DNA of 64,000 nucleotides from assembly GCA_964629475.1 (NCBI GenBank), contig CAZVQW010000015.1, positions 7,248 through 71,247 of the forward strand, in the 5' to 3' direction. The DNA is from an uncultured Chromatiaceae bacterium. Lineage in GTDB: Bacteria > Pseudomonadota > Gammaproteobacteria > Steroidobacterales > GCA-2729495. Below, one piece after another: positions 50,122 to 60,897 of the stretch (its first letter is position 1; every line of letters starts with the position of its first letter). Below the pieces are notes generated by a model that was given only the letters and a program-made list of their open reading frames with translations, was not told the origin of the DNA and did not search any database. The position numbers and the translations under genes are program-made.

Positions 50122-51153
50122 TTACAGCAAGCCGTGTACGGATTTCTTGGCGGATGCGCCGGGGATTTCTCTGACCAGGCGGGGGACGAGGTAGCCGGGC
50201 AGGCGGTTGGCTACGGCGTCGATTAACTCGATTGCCCGGGTATCTTCGACATTGAAGTGTGCGGCGCCAGTGACCGGGTCGAGTTGATGCAGATAGTAGG
50301 GCAGGACGCCGATTTCGAACAGGCGTTCGCCGAGTTCGGTGAGTGTGTCCACCGAGTCATTGACGCCGCGTAGCAGGACGGATTGGTTGAGAACAATTGC
50401 GCCGTTGTCGGTTAGAGCTGACACGGCAGCGGCAGCGGCGTCATCGATCTCCCGGGCATGATTGCAATGGATAACGACGATGACGGGTAGCGGGCAGGTC
50501 GTGATGAGTTTTAGCAGCTGCGCATCGATGCGTTCGGGCAGGACGACAGGTATGCGCGTGTGGATACGAATACGCCGGATGTGTCCAATTCGTGTTAGCG
50601 CCTCTAGCAGTGTCGCGAGTTTGTCGTTGGTTAGCGTTAAAGGATCGCCGCCGCTCAGAATGACTTCTTCAATGCCCGGGTCCGCTGTGAGTGCTTCGAA
50701 GGCTACCTGAAATTCACGGCGAGACAGGGAGCCGCCTGCGTACGGGTAGGCGCGCCGAAAGCAATAGCGGCAGTGGATTGCGCAAGCGCCGGTGACGATC
50801 AGCAGTGCGCGTCCCGCATACTTTTGTAGTAACCCCGGCACGATCGAGCTGTCGAGATCTCCCACAGGGTCATTCGAATAACCGTCAACGACCTGTGATT
50901 CATCGGCGGTTGGCAGGACCTGGCGTAGCAGCGGGTCGTTGGGATCGCCCGATTGCATGCGGCCCACAAAGCCGCGCGGCACACGTAGCGGGAACGTCTG
51001 TGCCGAGACGGCGTCGTCCGGGGCGAGCCCTAATGCAGCGAGCAATGCATCGCTGCGGCTGAAGGCACGCGACATCGTCGTGTGCCAGTTCAGATCGGCC
51101 GGCGATGTGTCGTGGCCGGGCGTTTCGGCTGCGGGTGTTGCCATACGTTTCAC
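50122..51153 (-). CDS. epmB: EF-P beta-lysylation protein EpmB (lysine 2,3-aminomutase family)
   Basis: Radical-SAM motif CAIHCRYCFRR. Divergent from efp. Confidence 0.9.
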   Translation of the reverse strand: MKRMATPAAETPGHDTSPADLNWHTTMSRAFSRSDALLAALGLAPDDAVSAQTFPLRVPRGFVGRMQSGDPNDPLLRQVLPTADESQVVDGYSNDPVGDLDSSIVPGLLQKYAGRALLIVTGACAIHCRYCFRRAYPYAGGSLSRREFQVAFEALTADPGIEEVILSGGDPLTLTNDKLATLLEALTRIGHIRRIRIHTRIPVVLPERIDAQLLKLITTCPLPVIVVIHCNHAREIDDAAAAAVSALTDNGAIVLNQSVLLRGVNDSVDTLTELGERLFEIGVLPYYLHQLDPVTGAAHFNVEDTRAIELIDAVANRLPGYLVPRLVREIPGASAKKSVHGLL

Positions 51154-51237
51154 ATTGCGACTTCGGGGGAGGCTACAATAGCCTATTCTTATCGGTTATT
51201 TGTTAGCCGATTATGACAGTGTGGCGGCAAGGATTTT

Positions 51238-51804
51238 ATGGCAACGTTTAATACTAATGAGTTTCGCTCCGGGTTGAAGATCATCATCGATGGTGACCCG
51301 TGCGCGATCGTTGAAAATGAGTTTGTAAAACCGGGTAAAGGTCAGGCTTTCAACCGGGTCAGGATTCGCAACCTGAAGACCGGTCGGGTCGTCGAGCGCA
51401 CATTCAAGTCCGGGGAGTCTGTCGAGGCTGCCGATGTCGTCGAACTGGATATGCAGTATCTGTATGCCGATGGTGAATTATGGCATTTCATGGATCCGGC
51501 GTCGTATGAGCAGTTCGCTGCCGGGGAAGCGGCGGTCGCCGATGCGAAGTTGTGGCTCAAGGAAGAGGATACGTGCAAGCTGACGTTGTGGAATAACGAA
51601 CCATTGCTCGTCGAGGCACCGAATTTCGTGGAACTCGTTATCGTGGAGACGGACCCGGGGTTACGTGGCGACACGGCCCAGGGCGGCATCAAGCCGGCCA
51701 AGCTGGAAACCGGGGCTGTGGTGCGGGTGCCGTTGTTTATCGAAGAGGGGGAGAAGATTCGGTGTGATACGCGGTCGAAGGAGTATGTTTCGCGCGTTAA
51801 ATAG
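51238..51804 (+). CDS. efp: Elongation factor P
   Basis: [15 protein letters not shown]...[16 protein letters not shown] with the modifiable Lys34. 188 aa. Confidence 0.95.
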   Translation: MATFNTNEFRSGLKIIIDGDPCAIVENEFVKPGKGQAFNRVRIRNLKTGRVVERTFKSGESVEAADVVELDMQYLYADGELWHFMDPASYEQFAAGEAAVADAKLWLKEEDTCKLTLWNNEPLLVEAPNFVELVIVETDPGLRGDTAQGGIKPAKLETGAVVRVPLFIEEGEKIRCDTRSKEYVSRVK

Positions 51805-51820
51805 CGGTCGTTTTAGTTGA

Positions 51821-52801
51821 TCACAAAGCAAAGCTGACGGCTTGATCAATATGTTGCAGGCCGCAGGCGGTCATGACGAGGCGGTCGAAGCCGACGGCGA
51901 CACCACTGCATTCGGGAAGTCCGTGGTCGAGTGCGGCGAGCAGGGCCTGGTCCGGTTTTATGGCAGGCAGACCGGCGGTGTGACGCCGTTCGAGGTCTGA
52001 TTCAAATCGCCGCCGTTGTTCTGCGGCATCTGTCAGTTCGCGATAGCCGTTGGCTAATTCCATGCCAGCAAAAAATACCTCAAAGCGTTCGGCGAGTTCG
52101 GGCTCATTCGGGTCGAGGCGTGCGAGTGCGGCCTGGTTTGCCGGGAAATGATGAATGACTGATAACCGGTCGGATGCGAGGCCGGGTATTACGACATGGC
52201 TCATCAGCAGGTCCAGCCAGGCGTTACGATCAGCACCGATGCGCTGGCGCAGATCCGGTGTGACCGTTTCGATCATTCGTTCGGCGCAGTTGGCCAGCTG
52301 ACCGGCGTCAGCCTCCAGCGGATCGACCTGGCATGTATCGAGAAGAATGTCGCGATAACGGTATTGGTCCACGGCAACCGCTGGTGTTTTGCAGATCTCG
52401 CGGATGAAGGTGCAGGTTTCTGCCATGATGTCGTCGAGCGTTGTGCCGCATCGATACCATTCGACCATCGTGAATTCCGGCTGATGTCTGGCGCCGATCT
52501 CGTGGTCGCGAAACACCTTGCAGATCTGGTAGATGTCCGGCGCACCCGATGCCAGCAGGCGTTTCATCGCATATTCCGGTGAGGTGTGCAGGAAGTACGG
52601 GCTGTCGCCACGGGCTGCAACACGTGTTGTCAGGCTGGCAATATGTGGATCCGATACGCCGTTGCCCGTCAGGGCCGGGGTTTCGACTTCGAGTATTGAA
52701 CGCGCGGCAAAAAATTCCCTTGCGAGTTGCAGCATGTGCGCCCGCCGTTCGAGGACATCACGCTTGGCCGTCGGTATCCAGTTCACCTCGTCGGTGATCA
52801 T
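51821..52801 (-). CDS. epmA: EF-P-(R)-beta-lysine ligase EpmA (PoxA/GenX)
   Basis: Class II LysRS-like core (LEVETPAL, LHTSPEYAMKRLLASG, ELANGYREL). Confidence 0.9.
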   Translation of the reverse strand: MITDEVNWIPTAKRDVLERRAHMLQLAREFFAARSILEVETPALTGNGVSDPHIASLTTRVAARGDSPYFLHTSPEYAMKRLLASGAPDIYQICKVFRDHEIGARHQPEFTMVEWYRCGTTLDDIMAETCTFIREICKTPAVAVDQYRYRDILLDTCQVDPLEADAGQLANCAERMIETVTPDLRQRIGADRNAWLDLLMSHVVIPGLASDRLSVIHHFPANQAALARLDPNEPELAERFEVFFAGMELANGYRELTDAAEQRRRFESDLERRHTAGLPAIKPDQALLAALDHGLPECSGVAVGFDRLVMTACGLQHIDQAVSFAL

Positions 52802-53652
52802 AATGTACCGATGCGGCGCCCGACGGTCAGCGTGCTGTGTGGCTGCAGCGGCTGATCCCAGGCCACGGCATCCTTCGGGAAGAGGATGATGACCGTCGAG
52901 CCGAGATTAAAATGACCGATGTAATCACCCTTGTTAAATGATGGCGCAGTCCTGGCGTTATAGGCTTTGTGCAATGGTTCATCGCTGCGCAGAATTTCGC
53001 CGGCCCATTCAGTACTGATGCTGGCGACGTTCATTGCGCCGACGAAGACGAGCCAGTACGGTCCGTGCCTGCCGTCGAACAGGCAAGCGACACGCTCGTT
53101 TCGGGCAAATAAACCCGGGATCGAGTCGGCCGTCACCCGATTGACCGAAAACCGCGTGCCCAGCATGAAGTGCATGCGGCGCAGTGTCCCGTCGAGCGGT
53201 GCATGGACGCGATGATAGTTGTGCGGGGCGAGATAGATCGTCAAAAATGCGCCGCCGTCGAACGGTTCGATGTCGGCTGGTTCGGCGCCGAGCAGTTCGG
53301 CGGCCGTAAACGTCATGCCTTTGGCCTGCAGCATGCGGCTGTCCGTGATTCGTCCGACCTGTTGCACCGTTCCGTCGGCGGGACTGCAGATGCTGCGCGG
53401 ATCTGTATCGATCGGTCGGGCGCCGGGTTTCAGTTCACGTGTGAAGAAGTCGTTAAAGCTTGGGTAATCTATGGCGCGGGCGGCATCCATTTCGGTTTCA
53501 TCAATGTCGAACAGGCGCGTGAACGACCGGATCAGCGAATTTTTCAGCCAGGTGCACCGGCTGCGCGCCAGCCGGTGGGTCAGTGACCCGATCAGGCGCG
53601 CCGGCAGGATGTGCTGCATGCCAACGAACAGTTTGTCGGTGAGGGTGCTCAA
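52798..53652 (-). CDS. psd: Phosphatidylserine decarboxylase proenzyme (short Asd-type)
   Basis: 284 aa, with the C-terminal self-cleavage motif FNLGSTVIILFP. 4-nt overlap with epmA. Confidence 0.85.
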   Translation of the reverse strand: MSTLTDKLFVGMQHILPARLIGSLTHRLARSRCTWLKNSLIRSFTRLFDIDETEMDAARAIDYPSFNDFFTRELKPGARPIDTDPRSICSPADGTVQQVGRITDSRMLQAKGMTFTAAELLGAEPADIEPFDGGAFLTIYLAPHNYHRVHAPLDGTLRRMHFMLGTRFSVNRVTADSIPGLFARNERVACLFDGRHGPYWLVFVGAMNVASISTEWAGEILRSDEPLHKAYNARTAPSFNKGDYIGHFNLGSTVIILFPKDAVAWDQPLQPHSTLTVGRRIGTL

Positions 53653-53711
53653 TGGGTTGTTTTATTGCTCGTGCAGGGGAGCATAATGCCGTTTCTGTAG
53701 CAGGCGACACA

Positions 53712-54623
53712 ATGGTTACACAAAACGAATATTCCCCAACGGTCGGCGGCATGATCGAATGGTGTGCGCATGAACTGGAGCAGGGCGGCGTTTATTGTGG
53801 CCACGGCACCGATAATGCTGTTGACGAGGCGGCCAGCCTGGTATTTGGTGTCGCCTGCCTGGATCATGCGGCAGCGGTTGCCGATCCGGAGGCGGTCTAT
53901 GCGCGTGTACTGCCGCCGGAGGTCCTGACGTCGATCGGCGGCATGTTGCGCCGGCGCATCGACGAGCGAGTGCCGCTACCCTACTTATTAAAAGAAGCAT
54001 GGTTTGCCGGCCTGTCTTTCTATGTAGATGAGCGAGTCCTTGTGCCGCGCTCGCCCTTTGCCGAACTGATTGCGGCACGGTTCGAGCCGTGGCTCGAAGC
54101 GGCCCGGGTTACGCGCATCCTCGATATTGGCACCGGCAGCGGCTGTATCGCAATCGCACTGGCGCTGGCGTTCCCGGACAGCCGTATCGTAGCCGGTGAC
54201 CTGATGGCCGATGCACTTGCGGTCGCACGTATCAATGTCGAGCGGCATGATGTGGCAGGACGAGTCGAACTCGTACAATCGGATCTGTTCGAGCGGATTT
54301 CCGGATCATTTGATCTGATCGTCAGTAATCCACCGTACGTACCGCAGGATGAGGCGGCTGAATTGCCGCGCGAGTACGACCATGAACCGGTTGTCGCGCT
54401 GGCCAGTGGCGCCGATGGTCTGGATTCATCGCGGCGTATCCTGCAAGATGCAGCCCGATACCTGACCATCGATGGCATGCTCGCAATCGAGGTCGGCGCC
54501 GGTACTGAGGCATTTGAAGCGGCATTTCCGACGCTTGGATTTATTTGGCCGGAATTCGAATTTGGCGGTGAAGGTATCGCATTGATTTCGGCCACTGAAC
54601 TTCGGACTCAACTGGACTTATAA
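53712..54623 (+). CDS. prmB: 50S ribosomal protein L3 glutamine methyltransferase
   Basis: GHGTDNAVDEAASLV, SAM motif ILDIGTGSGCIA and NPPYV. Sits upstream of aroC as in E. coli. The start is taken at Met21 of the track ORF. Confidence 0.85.
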   Translation: MVTQNEYSPTVGGMIEWCAHELEQGGVYCGHGTDNAVDEAASLVFGVACLDHAAAVADPEAVYARVLPPEVLTSIGGMLRRRIDERVPLPYLLKEAWFAGLSFYVDERVLVPRSPFAELIAARFEPWLEAARVTRILDIGTGSGCIAIALALAFPDSRIVAGDLMADALAVARINVERHDVAGRVELVQSDLFERISGSFDLIVSNPPYVPQDEAAELPREYDHEPVVALASGADGLDSSRRILQDAARYLTIDGMLAIEVGAGTEAFEAAFPTLGFIWPEFEFGGEGIALISATELRTQLDL

Positions 54624-54676
54624 ATTACATATAAAATATACTGTAATTAATTGATATAACAGATATTATAATTATT

Positions 54677-55762
54677 ATGTCAGGCAACTCAATCGGCAAG
54701 CTGTTCACGGTTACGACGTTCGGCGAGAGTCATGGACCCGCCCTGGGCGGTATTGTCGATGGCTGTCCGCCCGGAATGGCACTGTCCGCGACAGATATGC
54801 AGAAGGATCTGGAGCGGCGCCGACCCGGTACGTCGCGCTTCACGACCCAGCGCAAGGAGCCTGATGAGGTGCGCATTCTGTCCGGCGTCATGGACGGTGT
54901 GACAACCGGCACGCCGATCGGGTTGCTTGTCGACAACCTCGATCAGCGCACGCGCGACTACGAGAAGATTAAGGATCGTTTCCGACCGGGTCATGCGGAC
55001 TATTCCTATCAGCAGAAATACGGTTTTCGTGACTATCGTGGCGGCGGTCGTGCATCAGCGCGCGAAACCGTCATGCGGGTCGCGGCCGGCGGGATTGCGA
55101 AAAAATACCTGCGCGAGCAACTCGGTGTCGAGATTCGCGGTTATCTGCGGCAGCTCGGCCCGATGGTAATCGAACCCAGGGATCTCGATGAAACGGACAA
55201 TAATCCCTTTTTCTGCCCGGATCCCGATGTCGTCCCCGAGCTCGAGGCGTATATGATTGCCTTGCGCAAGGAAGGCAATTCGATTGGCGCCAGGATCAAT
55301 GTTGTTGCCAGCGGTGTGCCGGTTGGACTCGGCGAGCCGGTGTTCGATAAGATCGATGCCGAAATTGCCTACGCGATGATGAGCATCGGTGCCGTCAAGG
55401 GTGTGGAACTCGGTGCAGGCTTTCGGGCTGTTGCACAGAAAGGATCGGAGCATCGCGACGAGATCACGCCGGCCGGCTTCAGATCCAACTCTGCAGGCGG
55501 TACGCTGGGTGGCATCACGTCCGGCCAGGATGTGCTGGTCAGCATTGCACTGAAACCGACATCGAGTATCCAGCTACCCGGTGACACGATCGATGTTCAC
55601 GGTAACCCGGTCGAGGTCATCACGACCGGTCGTCACGACCCGTGCGTCGGGCTGCGCGCCACTCCCATCGCTGAGGCGATGCTCGCGATCGTGCTGATGG
55701 ATCATTATCTGCGCCATCGGGGGCAGAACGCCGACGTGACCTGCGAAACACCGAAAGTTTAA
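54677..55762 (+). CDS. aroC: Chorismate synthase
   Basis: [24 protein letters not shown]...RPGHADY...GRHDPCVG. Confidence 0.95.
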   Translation: MSGNSIGKLFTVTTFGESHGPALGGIVDGCPPGMALSATDMQKDLERRRPGTSRFTTQRKEPDEVRILSGVMDGVTTGTPIGLLVDNLDQRTRDYEKIKDRFRPGHADYSYQQKYGFRDYRGGGRASARETVMRVAAGGIAKKYLREQLGVEIRGYLRQLGPMVIEPRDLDETDNNPFFCPDPDVVPELEAYMIALRKEGNSIGARINVVASGVPVGLGEPVFDKIDAEIAYAMMSIGAVKGVELGAGFRAVAQKGSEHRDEITPAGFRSNSAGGTLGGITSGQDVLVSIALKPTSSIQLPGDTIDVHGNPVEVITTGRHDPCVGLRATPIAEAMLAIVLMDHYLRHRGQNADVTCETPKV

Positions 55763-55809
55763 TCGCCGCAGGTCTGAACCCAACAAATACTGTCTTGACG
55801 GAATAGCAA

Positions 55810-56832
55810 GTGAAAGAAAAGTACGATATTGCCGTCGTCGGCGCGACCGGGCTGGTTGGCGAGACGATGATCGAGATTCTCGAGCAGCGGGAGTTTCCGG
55901 TTGGTACGCTGCATGCGTTGGCGAGCGAGCGTTCGGTCGGCAAAGTAATTCAATTTCGTGGCAAGAACATCAAGGTCCGGGATCTTGCCGAATTCGATTT
56001 TTCCGACACCGATATCGGTCTGTTTTCGGCCGGTGGCAGCATCTCGGCAGAGTTTGCCCCGCGTGCTGGTGAAGCGGGGTGTGTCGTTGTCGACAATACG
56101 TCGTATTTCCGCACGGAACCGGATATCCCGCTGGTCGTACCGGAGGTCAATCCGGCGGCAATAGCTGATTACGGTCCGCGCAATATCATCGCGAATCCGA
56201 ATTGCTCGACGATCCAGATGGTTGTGGCGCTGAAACCCATCTACGATGCAGTTGGCATCGATCGCATCAATGTTGCGACGTACCAGGCCGTATCCGGTGC
56301 CGGGCGTGGTCTTGTCGAGACCCTGGCCGGTCAGACTGCAGCGCTGTTGAACGGCCGGCCACCGGAGTCTGCCGGTGATGAGAAGCCGATCGCATTCAAC
56401 GCCATTCCGCATATCGACACCTTCATGGATAACGGCTACACGCGTGAAGAAATGAAGATGGTCTGGGAAACGCGCAAAATTCTTGAGGATGACTCGATCC
56501 TGGTAAATCCGACCGCGGTTCGGATTCCGGTGTTTTTTGGCCACTCGGAGGCCGTGCACATCGAAACGCGAGACCCGATCAGCGCGGCCCAGGTGCGCGA
56601 ATTACTGGCTGCCGCGGACGGAATTACGGTAATCGATGAGGCGCGACCCGGTGGCTATCCGACCGCCGTGACCGACGCCGCGCGGCGTGACGACGTGTTC
56701 GTCGGCCGAATCAGGGAAGATATCTCGCATGATCGCGGCATCAGCTTGTGGGTCGTGGCGGACAACGTGCGCAAAGGCGCTGCCCTGAATAGTGTGCAAA
56801 TCGCTGAAATCTTGGTACGCGATTACTTATAG
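55810..56832 (+). CDS. asd: Aspartate-semialdehyde dehydrogenase
   Basis: VGATGLVG Rossmann motif and the active-site NPNCSTIQM. GTG start. Confidence 0.9.
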   Translation: MKEKYDIAVVGATGLVGETMIEILEQREFPVGTLHALASERSVGKVIQFRGKNIKVRDLAEFDFSDTDIGLFSAGGSISAEFAPRAGEAGCVVVDNTSYFRTEPDIPLVVPEVNPAAIADYGPRNIIANPNCSTIQMVVALKPIYDAVGIDRINVATYQAVSGAGRGLVETLAGQTAALLNGRPPESAGDEKPIAFNAIPHIDTFMDNGYTREEMKMVWETRKILEDDSILVNPTAVRIPVFFGHSEAVHIETRDPISAAQVRELLAAADGITVIDEARPGGYPTAVTDAARRDDVFVGRIREDISHDRGISLWVVADNVRKGAALNSVQIAEILVRDYL

Positions 56833-56933
56833 GCTATAGTTACGGTCGATTCTTAAGGTGGCTTGAGAAGTTTGTTGTGCGTGTTGCGCTGATTGAGCCA
56901 CGGGGTACTTTTGGGTTTTTACGGGAGCTTGTT

Positions 56934-59900
56934 ATGGCGCGAATTCTGGCGGCCATAGTTTTAGCGATTGCCGGCGCGATACCTTTATCGGCTGGTGCTC
57001 TGAGTCTTGGCGAAATTGATCTGAAATCGGCTTTAAATCAGCCGTTCGCCGCCGAAATTCCGGTTACGTCCGCGGCATCCGGCGACCTGGAGGCGTTGCG
57101 CGTTGAAATCGCCTCTATAGAGACGTTTCAGCAGTTCGGCATTGATCATGCTGCTTTTCTTTCCGATTTCGATTTTGAAGTCGTCGAGCGTGGAAGCGGT
57201 GCAGTCGTCCAGATCACATCGCGACGTCCGGTCGTCGAGCCATTCGTCACGCTGTTGCTCGAGGTTAGCTGGGCGCAGGGCAGATTGTTGCGTGAGTACA
57301 CCGTTTTGCTGGACCCGCCGGTATTTGCTGCCGAGTCGGTCGAGCCTGCGGTCGCAACGCCTGCGGCGGAACCGTCGGTTGCAACACCCCTCGTGCGTGA
57401 AGAGAAAGTACCGGCCAAGACCGCCGGCGCGGAGTCGCCACGAGCCGAATCAGTACGCACGACACCGGATGAGTCGGTCGCGGCGAGTAACGCTGGCGGT
57501 ACATATGGACCCGTCAAACGCAACGATACACTTTGGGCTATTGCCGGGCGATCTGTCGGCGATTCGACAGCGGTGAGCCGTAACCAGATGATGCTGGCTA
57601 TCTACGCGGCCAATCCGGAGGCATTCACCGGCAATATCAATCGTCTGAAAGCCGGCATGATTTTGCGCGTGCCTTCGGTGAACGAGGTTGCATTAAACAG
57701 CCGTGAGGCGACCGCCGAAGTGCGTCGCCAGAATGAACAATGGCGCGTCGCATCGGTGGCACGCAGCGATGAGCCGCAAGGTGGCCGACTTCGACTGGTA
57801 CCGCCGCCTGAGCGCGATACCGAAGCCGATCCCGAAGTCGCGGGTCCGGATGCGCAGGCTGGTGTCGATGAAGATCAAATAACTCAGGCAGACGCCGCCG
57901 AACGCGATGAACTGCGCGGGCGCGTCAGTGAACTCGAGGGGCAATTGGCAGATAGCCAGCGGCAATTGCAGGTTCGTGATCAGGAATTGGAGGCGCTGCA
58001 GCGTCAACTGGCGCAGATTTCGAGTCAACCCGACGCAGCGCCGGATATTGACGAACCCGCTCCGGTAGTTGATTTGGTTACCCCTGAAGCGGAAGTCGAG
58101 GCACAACCCGGTGGCGATATCGAGGCCCCCACGACGGCAGCTGATGCTCCGGTGGATGTGACTCCCGTCCAGGTTCAGCCCGATGAAGAGTCATTTATCG
58201 GTGCCTTGTTTAAAAGTCCGCTCGTATATATTTCGCTGGCAATCGTTCTGCTCCTGGCCTGGTTGTTAGCCCGCAACCGTTCCAAGGCAGCCGACACGGC
58301 GGCAGCCGGCCGTTGGGATGAGCTTGAGTCGTCCAGCGAAGACTTTGTCGATGAAGCGCATGAAGCGACGACTCGCCTCAGCGCAAATGCGCCGGATGAT
58401 GCCGCAATTGTCGTAGAGGAAGCTCCGGCGGATGAAGAGACCGACGATGGCTCGGTTGTGCCGTTTACCGACGCGTCTTCGGAAGACTGGAGTACCCTCG
58501 TCGAGGAGACAGAGACGCCACTCGAACGAACGATCAGTACCGATTCCGCTGTTAGCCTGGATGAGGCTGATCCGCTCGCCGAATCCGATTTCCATATGGC
58601 CTATGGTCTGTACGATCAGGCGGCTGAATTGTTGACGCGTGCTGTTGAGAGTGAGCCCGAGCGCATGGATCTGCGCATGAAGCTGCTTGAGGTGTATTTC
58701 ATCTGGAAGAATCAGGATGGCTTCCTGCAGGAGGCCAAAGCCCTGCAAGAACGAATCGACAAAGCAGCGGACCCCGACTGGAATAAAGTGTTGATTATGG
58801 GCAAGCAGATTTGTCCTGGTGAGGATCTGTTTGCCGGCGATGCCGCACCGGCGAGTTCGTCTGATAGCGTCGATCTTGAATTCGGTGAGGACGGTGGTTC
58901 CGATGCCCTCGATATGACACTGGATGCTGCAGATGAAGGCGATAGCAGTGTAGATATGTCGTTCGATGATGAAGCCACAGGTCTTGATCTGGATCTGACG
59001 GGCGCTGCTCAGATGAGCGATGACATGAGTGCCGATGATTCGGCCATACTGGATTTCGAAATTGGCGACGAAGAAATTGGCGACGAAGATGAAGCCACGC
59101 AGGTAGTCGATGGCATCGATGATCAGGAGATATCGGCTGATGCAGCGACAATGGAGACGCCAACCATTGAGTCACCTGCCATAGACGGTGAAAGCATGAT
59201 GGAAACGCCGACCATCGAATCACCTGCCATAGATGGCGAAAGCACGATGGAAACGCCGACCATCGAGTCACCTGCCATAGATGGCGAAAGCACGATGGAG
59301 ACGCCGACCATCGAAACCCAGCTCGGGGAATGGGCGGATGACTCGGACGCAATAAGCGACGAGACGGCCGAGATCGACCTGGATGACCTGGATCTGGATC
59401 TTGCCGGGCTCAATGAAGTCGATGACGATGCGCTTGGCGCGGATTCCGGTACGGATGGCAGCGAGTTGGGTGGTGCCGATGCGGACTCCCCGTTTGCTGC
59501 AGATACGCTGCAGTTCGATGTGCCGGGTGAAGATACGCAGCAGCACAAAGCTGCATCGCTCGAAGATATTGCGGATGACGCCAGCGCACAGGATGAGTCG
59601 GTTGACGACGTAGATTCAACAGCTGAAATGCGAAATCTCGAAGCAACGGAAACCGACCCGGATACGGATATCGGCGATACAGTTGAACAACCGTTTGGCG
59701 GCGGCGGTGATACAGCCGAACAGCCATTCATCGGCGGCGGTGAGACGAGCGAGCAACCGATTCTCGCTGCTGTCGACGACGATGCCCTTCTCGATGTCGG
59801 TGAACTGGTAGAAGACGACGATCCTACCGCCGAGGTCGAGGACTCAGGCAGCGGTGTCGACGGCGCGACAATGACCGAAGTCGGCACCAAGCTGGACCTG

Positions 59901-60026
59901 GCACGCGCCTATATCGATATGGGTGACCCGGATGGCGCATGCAGCATCCTCAACGAGGTACTCGAGGAAGCCGATGGCGAGCAGAGGCAGGAAGCGCAGC
60001 AGCTGATCGACGACCTCACGGATTGA
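56934..60026 (+). CDS. fimV: FimV/HubP-family polar landmark protein (type IV pilus assembly FimV)
   Basis: Signal peptide, then LSLGEIDLKSALNQPFAAEIPV. A LysM-like segment (YGPVKRNDTLWAIA), a TM helix (VYISLAIVLLLAWLLA) and a long acidic region. The C-terminal FimV motif is LDLARAYIDMGDPDGA. The asd-fimV-truA synteny matches Pseudomonas. Confidence 0.9.
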   Translation: MARILAAIVLAIAGAIPLSAGALSLGEIDLKSALNQPFAAEIPVTSAASGDLEALRVEIASIETFQQFGIDHAAFLSDFDFEVVERGSGAVVQITSRRPVVEPFVTLLLEVSWAQGRLLREYTVLLDPPVFAAESVEPAVATPAAEPSVATPLVREEKVPAKTAGAESPRAESVRTTPDESVAASNAGGTYGPVKRNDTLWAIAGRSVGDSTAVSRNQMMLAIYAANPEAFTGNINRLKAGMILRVPSVNEVALNSREATAEVRRQNEQWRVASVARSDEPQGGRLRLVPPPERDTEADPEVAGPDAQAGVDEDQITQADAAERDELRGRVSELEGQLADSQRQLQVRDQELEALQRQLAQISSQPDAAPDIDEPAPVVDLVTPEAEVEAQPGGDIEAPTTAADAPVDVTPVQVQPDEESFIGALFKSPLVYISLAIVLLLAWLLARNRSKAADTAAAGRWDELESSSEDFVDEAHEATTRLSANAPDDAAIVVEEAPADEETDDGSVVPFTDASSEDWSTLVEETETPLERTISTDSAVSLDEADPLAESDFHMAYGLYDQAAELLTRAVESEPERMDLRMKLLEVYFIWKNQDGFLQEAKALQERIDKAADPDWNKVLIMGKQICPGEDLFAGDAAPASSSDSVDLEFGEDGGSDALDMTLDAADEGDSSVDMSFDDEATGLDLDLTGAAQMSDDMSADDSAILDFEIGDEEIGDEDEATQVVDGIDDQEISADAATMETPTIESPAIDGESMMETPTIESPAIDGESTMETPTIESPAIDGESTMETPTIETQLGEWADDSDAISDETAEIDLDDLDLDLAGLNEVDDDALGADSGTDGSELGGADADSPFAADTLQFDVPGEDTQQHKAASLEDIADDASAQDESVDDVDSTAEMRNLEATETDPDTDIGDTVEQPFGGGGDTAEQPFIGGGETSEQPILAAVDDDALLDVGELVEDDDPTAEVEDSGSGVDGATMTEVGTKLDLARAYIDMGDPDGACSILNEVLEEADGEQRQEAQQLIDDLTD
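59151..59318 (+). repeat. 48-bp in-frame tandem repeat, about 3.5 copies, inside fimV
   Basis: Encodes METPTIESPAIDGES(M/T) three times plus METPTIET. The copies differ by a few mostly synonymous substitutions. Confidence 0.9.
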
Positions 60027-60069
60027 CAGACCGGGTCGCCGCTGGTTCTGCCAGTCTGGGATCCACCGT

Positions 60070-60855
60070 TTGCACTCCATGGAGAATCAGTCTCGTCTGG
60101 CGATGGGCGTTGAATACGACGGCACGCTGTATAACGGCTGGCAATATCAGCCACACGCGCCGAGCATTCAGGAGTGTCTGAATGTTGCTATATCGGTTGT
60201 AGCGGATGAATCCATTTCTTGTATTGGCTCGGGTCGAACTGACACCGGTGTGCATGCCCGCGGCCAAATCGTGCATTTCGATACGCTGGCCAAACGCTCG
60301 CCCAGGGCCTGGTTGCTGGGCATCAATAGCAATCTCCCTGAAGATATAAATATCTTATGGGTCAAAGAGGTAGATCCGGAATTTCATGCGCGTTATTCAG
60401 CTGGCAAGCGTGCTTATCGATACTCGATTCTTAACCGTCCGGTCCGCTCGGCCCTTGCGCGGTATCGAAGCTGGTGGGTGCGTCAGCCTCTTGATGCGGC
60501 GGCGATGGCAGCCGGCGCCCGGTATCTGCTCGGGTTGCACGATTTCTCGTCGTTTCGTGCGGCAGGTTGTCAGTCTCATACACCGATGCGCAATATGTTC
60601 AGTATCGCTGTGACACGCAGGAATGACTGGATTTTTGTCGATTGCGAGGCCAATGCCTTCCTGCACCATATGGTTCGAAATATCGTCGGCTCACTCGTCG
60701 AAATCGGCGTTGGTGAACGCCCGGCAGAATGGCTGCAAGAGTTGCTCGAACTTCGTGATCGCAAGCTGGCCGGCATTACGGCACCCGCAGCCGGCCTGGT
60801 ATTGATGCAGATTCAGTATCCGGCGCATTTCGGGCTGGACGATGTGAATAAATAA
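60070..60855 (+). CDS. truA: tRNA pseudouridine(38-40) synthase TruA
   Basis: GVEYDGTLYNGWQYQ and the catalytic GSGRTDTGVHA. The start may instead be Met4 or Met12. Confidence 0.9.
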   Translation: MHSMENQSRLAMGVEYDGTLYNGWQYQPHAPSIQECLNVAISVVADESISCIGSGRTDTGVHARGQIVHFDTLAKRSPRAWLLGINSNLPEDINILWVKEVDPEFHARYSAGKRAYRYSILNRPVRSALARYRSWWVRQPLDAAAMAAGARYLLGLHDFSSFRAAGCQSHTPMRNMFSIAVTRRNDWIFVDCEANAFLHHMVRNIVGSLVEIGVGERPAEWLQELLELRDRKLAGITAPAAGLVLMQIQYPAHFGLDDVNK

Positions 60856-60897
60856 AAAGCGGGTCATATCCTTTTTTTCCTTTATCATGCAAACCCA

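Noticed and set aside
50122-52801. The epmB / efp / epmA arrangement as something unusual.
   Set aside because: This is the standard gammaproteobacterial EF-P Lys34 beta-lysylation set, with the KPGKGQAF loop present. It is ordinary core-genome content.
54641-54662. CTGT...ACAG in the prmB-aroC spacer as a possible LexA SOS box.
   Set aside because: CTGT and ACAG are about 15 nt apart rather than the 8 nt of the CTGT-N8-ACAG consensus. The match is just AT-rich sequence.
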